Shown here: positions 57,916 through 64,000 of the stretch, piece by piece
Layout of the letters: each line of letters opens with the position of its first letter
How positions within the stretch are numbered: position 1 is the stretch's first letter
Made by a program: the position numbers and the translations under genes
The notes under the pieces: generated by a model
Database searches by the model: none
Seen by the model: the letters and a program-made list of their open reading frames with translations, nothing else
Told to the model about the DNA's origin: nothing
NCBI GenBank assembly: GCA_964016885.1
Contig: OZ024748.1
Span: 8,122,001-8,186,000 of the forward strand
Direction: 5' to 3'
DNA from: Eledone cirrhosa
Lineage: Eukaryota
DNA length: 64,000 nt

Positions 57916-58698
57916 GCCTGTAGAAAGTATATCTGGTATAATCCTATTTTTAATGCCTCGATTAGTACAAAACTATCTCTTTCATTCTTTAAATTAATCA
58001 ATAAACACTTCCCTAGTTCCCATAAGTACAGCAAAATTCTGAACTCCAAAACTATTAGACTATCATACTCCACGGCACCAAACCTTGAAGCATACATAAA
58101 AAAACTTAACTTAAGGCAATTAAACAACTCTACAAAACAAAACATTTTAGTAACAGGTGGGCAGAACGCAATATCTGCCTCCCAACCACTAAATGGGAGA
58201 CGGATATTGCACAACCCACCTGTACCGCTATCACAACCTATCCATGGTATACCCGCTACCCACAACAAAGCATGTAACTGCCATCTACCTGAAAGATGTC
58301 CATTGCAGAATGAATGCCTAAAGTCCAACATTGTTTACCAATGCACGGTTGAATCGGACGACCAGAAATGGTATTATATCGGATCTACCACCACATCGTT
58401 TAAATCTCGCTGGTACCGTCATCGATTCTCAATCAAACATCAGAATCACCGTTTTGTGACCACGCTCGCCAACAAGACCTGGCAACTCCGTGAACACAAC
58501 CAACAGTTCACCTTAAAATGGGATATACTTTCCAGCGCAAATGCATATCGGAGTGGTTTGAAGTACTGCAGGTTATGTAACCTTGAGCTATTTTACATAC
58601 TAAAATCCAAAAACAAACTACTTAACGATAGAATTGAACGATCATTATACTGCAACCACAAACTAAAAGCTAAATTCTCTCACTATAAAATAACTTAA
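57916..58698 (+). CDS. PLE ORF C-terminus: linker plus GIY-YIG endonuclease (5'-truncated, RT missing)
   Basis: [22 protein letters not shown] (CxCx5C), NIVY..YYIGST..FKSRW..H, CRLC..E..LLN..CNH; open frame. Confidence 0.88.
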   Translation, partial: ACRKYIWYNPIFNASISTKLSLSFFKLINKHFPSSHKYSKILNSKTIRLSYSTAPNLEAYIKKLNLRQLNNSTKQNILVTGGQNAISASQPLNGRRILHNPPVPLSQPIHGIPATHNKACNCHLPERCPLQNECLKSNIVYQCTVESDDQKWYYIGSTTTSFKSRWYRHRFSIKHQNHRFVTTLANKTWQLREHNQQFTLKWDILSSANAYRSGLKYCRLCNLELFYILKSKNKLLNDRIERSLYCNHKLKAKFSHYKIT

Positions 58699-59191
58699 CA
58701 TTCGAACCCGTAACTACAACACCACTTTCTAGCTAACAACCTTCTCTTCTCCCCCACACTACAAGACAATACACTGCTTATCACTATACATGGTAACTCA
58801 GTACAATTCCTAGATTACTACTACAAAACCAAAAGTTCACTCACCACATATACTTTATCTGTCCCCTCTCTACCTATATATCTCTCTCTACATCCATTAC
58901 ACTCTCTCTCTCTCACCTTTGACCTACCTCCCTCTCAACATCTATGAACTTGACCTCTGGGGCAATAAATAATTCCGACCTCAACTATCTACGCATCTCT
59001 CCAAAAGTAACTAATAAAACCCCTACCATAACATTTTGATTAAGATATCTACAAGCCACTCTTTCCTACTTCTCCAACCCCTGCATATCTTTCCTTCTCT
59101 CTCCATCTTCCCTACTTTTCTCTCTTCCTGTTCCACTCTATCTTCCCCAACAACCCCACTTAAGGGTTTTTACATTGTATATTTACCATTC

Positions 59192-59303
59192 TGCTCTGAG
59201 GAAACAGTGGTCACAGCATTGGATATTCGAGTTCTGCAAATACTTGTGAATTTGCACGTAGCGGAACTAGGCTGCAGTACCACCGTGGAAACACTTGTAA
59301 GCA
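59192..59303 (+). ncRNA. Hammerhead motif with a branched stem II of about 85 nt in the PLE pLTR
   Basis: UGCU-CUGAGGA-AACAGUGGU..ACCACCGUG-GAAAC-ACUU-GUA^AGCA. Confidence 0.75.
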
Positions 59304-59495
59304 CACGGAATAAACTACCTTTTTATGATGTCTACCTGTTATTATTCATTCTTTATATACACTCCGGAATACTGAAGGATCAGGAACTAAGTTTCTTGAA
59401 CAATTCTTCCATAACTCGTAGAGTAACCTCTTACCGTACGTCAACCATATCCAGTGTAGTAATTAACCATCACTGCATCTTGGATAATCCTATAC

Positions 59496-59554
<59 letters not shown>

Positions 59555-59598
59555 AAGTTAAATAAAAGTCAAATGATTAAAATTTAGCTTCGTTTATT

Positions 59599-59653
59599 AC
59601 TGCTATATATATTTCAGTGACAGCCATCTTTGGCTGTGACCTCTTCAGGCAGT
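59599..59653 (-). ncRNA. Intact hammerhead motif (mirror copy)
   Basis: Exact reverse complement of 59884-59938. Confidence 0.82.
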
Positions 59654-59883
59654 TTGAATTAGTATGGTATAGACAAGTACATATGTTGTTTAGGTGTATA
59701 ATATTGTCAATACTCTGATATGCCCAGTTCCTTGTTGGGTTGTTAATTCACTGTGGAACTGGAGAGAAATGACTCCAGTTCCTCAGTGAATTAACAACCC
59801 AACAAGGAACTGGGTATATCAGAGTATTGACAATATTATACACCTAAACAACATATGTACTTGTCTATACCATACTAATTCAA

Positions 59884-59938
59884 ACTGCCTGAAGAGGTCA
59901 CAGCCAAAGATGGCTGTCACTGAAATATATATAGCAGT
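59884..59938 (+). ncRNA. Intact type I hammerhead motif
   Basis: ACUGC-CUGAAGA-GGUCACAGCCA[AAGA]UGGCUGUCACU-GAAA-UAUAUA-UA^GCAGU, followed by AATAAA. Confidence 0.85.
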
Positions 59939-60084
59939 AATAAACGAAGCTAAATTTTAATCATTTGACTTTTATTTAACTTTATTTTACACTACTCCGG
60001 AGTAACCAAACCAACCTGCGCACTTCGTCGAGTGCTCCAGCCTGCATACTGAGGTGTTGGTATACAACCAACATAAACTCAAAA

Positions 60085-60221
<137 letters not shown>

Positions 60222-60559
60222 TGGTTATTAATGTTAGTCCCAGTCAACACAGCTGGAGAACTCATTAAACGTTGATTGTTCAAAGCTGTCAGTAAAACAT
60301 TCTACATGGTTTTATCCTGAGTTGCATATTTAGTATATAACAGTAAACATTTTCCCATTTCTACATTTCTCTAATAATTCTTTTCAAATTCTTCAACAAA
60401 GAAAGAAGAAAAGATATCAAATTCGATTCCTTCGTCGAGGTTTTAAAATAAATTATCAATGTCGCTTACTAACCTCTTCAAGATGTCTTTTGTATCTTTT
60501 ATAGTTTCAAAGGTACTAAGTATATAAAGTAACCGGGAATGATAATGATTATGTAGTCA

Positions 60560-60895
60560 AGCAGTGAACTGGGATAGTCGATAGAATGTCGGAAACAATG
60601 CTTTGTCATATGTGTTCTGACTCTTTGTACTTTCAGTTCAAATCATATAGAGATTTAAAATAGCTTTCTCTCATCTTTCAGGGTCGACGAATAAAGTATC
60701 AATCTTGAGGCGTAACGCAGTGAATTACAGGTAGAACTCATTTATAGTCAATACACATTTTCATATTTGTGTGATATTTTTGTCCACTAAAAACGTATGG
60801 AGGTATTAGTACCAGCCATCTGTGGTCTGAGTTCAAATTCCACCGAAGTCAACTTTGCCTTTCATTCTTCTGAGGTCGATAAAAGAAATTACCAA
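60560..60895 (+). mobile_element. Two old or partial SINE A copies
   Basis: Degenerate head, B-box and core at about 60560-60705 and 60820-60895. Confidence 0.65.
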
Positions 60896-61855
60896 TCCAA
60901 TATTGGGATTTCTTCTTCTTCTCTATTACTGTCTCTCATTCAGTGGAAGAAATCGATTGTGTTCAGACCTGGAGAGGAGATGGCTTCTGCAAGGTTTCTA
61001 AAAGACGCCCCCCAAGAACGGTGCAATGTCACTATGAGACCCCTACGACTCCACCAGGAGTTAAGGGCTAGAAAATAAGAAGAGATTTTAGCTTATACTA
61101 TTATGTTTAGTTAGTTTTAATATGAAAGATCATGTATAAATAAATATAAACATTGTAATTTGGTAGAAAACATACATATCTGAAAAATAAACAATTCTTC
61201 CATCATTAAAACGCTTTATTATATTTGGTAATATCACTTAGTAATTCCTCTGATACTATTGATCAGTAACAAGAGAACTGTATAAATATATCAGTTAGTT
61301 TAACCTACTGTTGACTACATTCGTACTTATCCAGATTGAAGAGAAAATTGAATGTGTAATTTTCAGGTTGTTGTCACTTATTATATGGCGGTTTTAATGA
61401 ATATAACAAAGCTAAATCTCATAAAAGAATCATCGTTACAAACACATTTAGGATAGAACAATGTTATGTAACAACAAGCATGAAATTGAAATTTAATGAA
61501 ACATTTATAGAATTTACGTCTATGTTCTCATGGATTTACATACGGACGAGAAGTAATCTTCACCATTTTGGATGTAAATCGCAGCTTAATATATCATTCT
61601 CGCGAGCAATTACAAGTGGAAATTTGAGATAAATGCTTTTTATCTGAAATAAAATGATTCTATTGTTGCTGTGATAATTCCATCTTGATGTATGTTGTTA
61701 ATTTATGGTGAAAAGTTGCAACCGATCGAACTATTCAGCAGTAAAATCTGCACTAATAGTTTCTATGATTATAAAAGAGAGGACAGCAAGTGATCAAAGT
61801 TATTGACTGAAATTGAAGCAGGATTGTAATCAGCTCAACAAATGTGCGCCTACAT

Positions 61856-62197
61856 ATTAAGATGTCTCTATATGTTATGATGTGTCTTTGTATGTTTGTG
61901 TTTTAAGATGTGTCTTTGTATGTTTGTGTTTTAAGATGTGTCTTTGTGTGTTAAAATGTGTCTGATGTGTTTCTGTATGTTAATATGTGTCTTTGTATGT
62001 TAAGATGTGTCTTTGTATATTAAGATATGTCTTTATATGTTAAGATGTGTCTTTGTATGTTAAGATGTAACTCTGCATGTAAAGATGTATCTTTGTATGT
62101 TAAGATGTGAATCTACATGTTATGATGTGTCTCTACATGTTAAGACGTAACTCTACATGTAAAGATGTGTCTTTGTATGTTAAGATGTGTCTTTGTG
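61856..62197. repeat. 20-bp minisatellite (ATGTTAAGATGTGTCTTTGT)
   Basis: Direct reading. Confidence 0.9.
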
Positions 62198-64000
62198 TGT
62201 ATATATATATATATATCGTTGATGGAGTTTCATTCTCATGAATCATTTCCTCTTTAGTTCAACCATTTAACACGAAGAAGTATTTGTTTCTCCATCAATA
62301 TCTTAGAGATTATAGGGCCTTAAATACGACACATCGTTTGTTTTTTGATGGAGAGCATTGAGTTAAGCTTCCCTGTTAAATGTAACATGGCTGACACGGA
62401 CGATACTGGAGAAAGCTTCTAAACAAACCAAGGTGTCGACATAAACATCTTATAATGAAGCTTAAATAGAAGATAATTGATTATTTTCGTTTGTTTCTTT
62501 TGTTTTGTGTTGTTATTTTTATAAGTTCATTCTTAGCAGTAAATGTAAACAAGCAACTAAATTAGATTTAAGAAGACAAAAATAAAAATAAAAAAATTTG
62601 GAAATTTCCCCAAGGCATATTGAAAAATGTTTGGTTAAGAATTGTTAATGCCTAGAAAGGAAAAAATATGTGAAAAATTTATTTCTATTCGCCACGAGAT
62701 TTAAATATCAGCGTCACCACTGAGATCAGAGTCTCCCTTAAGCATAATAAATATTCCTTTATAATTTATTCATAGTTTCTTGAAATTAGCGACTCACAAA
62801 AATCTTCGAGTGTCGCTAACGATAGCCGCTAGGTTTTTACTTTCTTTCTCTAACTAATATTCGTTTTTCTTTTTATTGACACCTACTCCAGTTATTTTAA
62901 TCCATACCATGTCATTGTCCTATTTGAATTATTTCCCTTGAATCAATTTTCTTTCAATGTTATTAGTTTTCTTCTGTAAGTAGTTTAAATGTGAGAAGGA
63001 TTTTCTCGCAGCTTCCTTTCAACTTTCAATCAGAAACTATGATAAAGCCTCTTAAACTGAACACTCATAACCAAACTGTAAACTTGTTTGTCTACTTCAC
63101 AAGATAAATCTCACGCATGCTCAATACTGATAATTCTTATTTACAATGGGGAAAATCTTTAATTTTTTTTTACATTCCAAAAATAATTCCTCTTCTCGAA
63201 AGTCGACTAAATAGTTTCGTCAGCTGAAATATCAATTCTATTGCTATAAATAGAACTGCTACAATGCGGATCTATGTATTGAACAAATGTATATCAATGT
63301 TTTGTAAATGTAGATCTCTTTTCAAAACGCTAAGATATTTTTGTGAGTTTTATAGCGAATGATAATAATATTCGATTCGTTTGCAAGCAAACAGCCTCGT
63401 TATTTTATGTGTTTTAGACGACTACGTCATCCTTTTGTTCTATCGATGGCATAGAAAGACAGACAGACAGATAGACAGACTGAAAGAAAGAGAGAGAGAG
63501 ATTGAGATTATTCTCACAATTTCAAACCCGAATCTCTTTTTGTGGGTGCTTTGGTGATTAATAGTGAGCAAGGGTGAGTACCCTTCTAGCCTTGGCTGAT
63601 CTAAGCTTTTGGAACAGTTTGAAGCATTGCAATAAGAGTGGACCTTGTTTATAAGTCAACGGACATCTACCTTTCCTCTTCTACATTGAAAGTAATAACC
63701 TGAGAAACATGACCTTTCATCTAATTATAATGTTCTTTCTTGCAATAAAGTACAGCGAATGCCCTAATTTAAAAACTTAATTTTAATTCACTATTGCTCA
63801 GAAGCCTTAGTGTATTGCTTTACCTGTGTGCCTCAAGTATTCTTAAGATGACAAACTCTGGTATTATTGGATTCTTAATGTTTATACAACGTGGCTGTAT
63901 AAACAATATTATGTTTGCTGCTACACGTAGTTTGTAGAACATTAAATGTATTTCATGATGAAAATATTTCCTTGATTCTAGAGAAATAAAACCAATACAT

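Larger units (their letters stand above)
57828..59498 (+). mobile_element. 5'-truncated Penelope-like element with inverted pLTR fragment, inserted in (TA)n
   Basis: 57828-57914 is an exact 87-bp inversion of 59269-59355; contains the endonuclease ORF, an HHR and a tail of about 140 nt. Confidence 0.9.

Overview
This is AT-rich, microsatellite-dense eukaryotic DNA, most likely intronic or intergenic sequence from an octopod cephalopod (inferred from the tRNA-derived SINE family and repeat style). It has one 200-N assembly gap and no confidently identifiable host gene. Almost all ORFs in the track are translations of (TA)n/(CA)n/(TACA)n repeats. The real coding remnants are retroelement fragments: a Penelope-like (PLE) GIY-YIG endonuclease, R4/Dong-like and CRE-like restriction-like endonucleases, and RTE and CR1/Jockey 3' ends. 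There are about 20 copies of one SINE, a second CORE-like SINE and a complete non-autonomous Helitron. The main signal is about 20 hammerhead-ribozyme (HHR) motifs from roughly 10 unrelated families. They sit in short microsatellite-embedded insertions, many with the layout (TA)n - inverted arm - sense arm - tail - (TA)n. They include HHRs with giant branched stem II, palindromes carrying an HHR on each strand, and tandem retrozyme-like units. All structures were read by eye and are not computationally validated.
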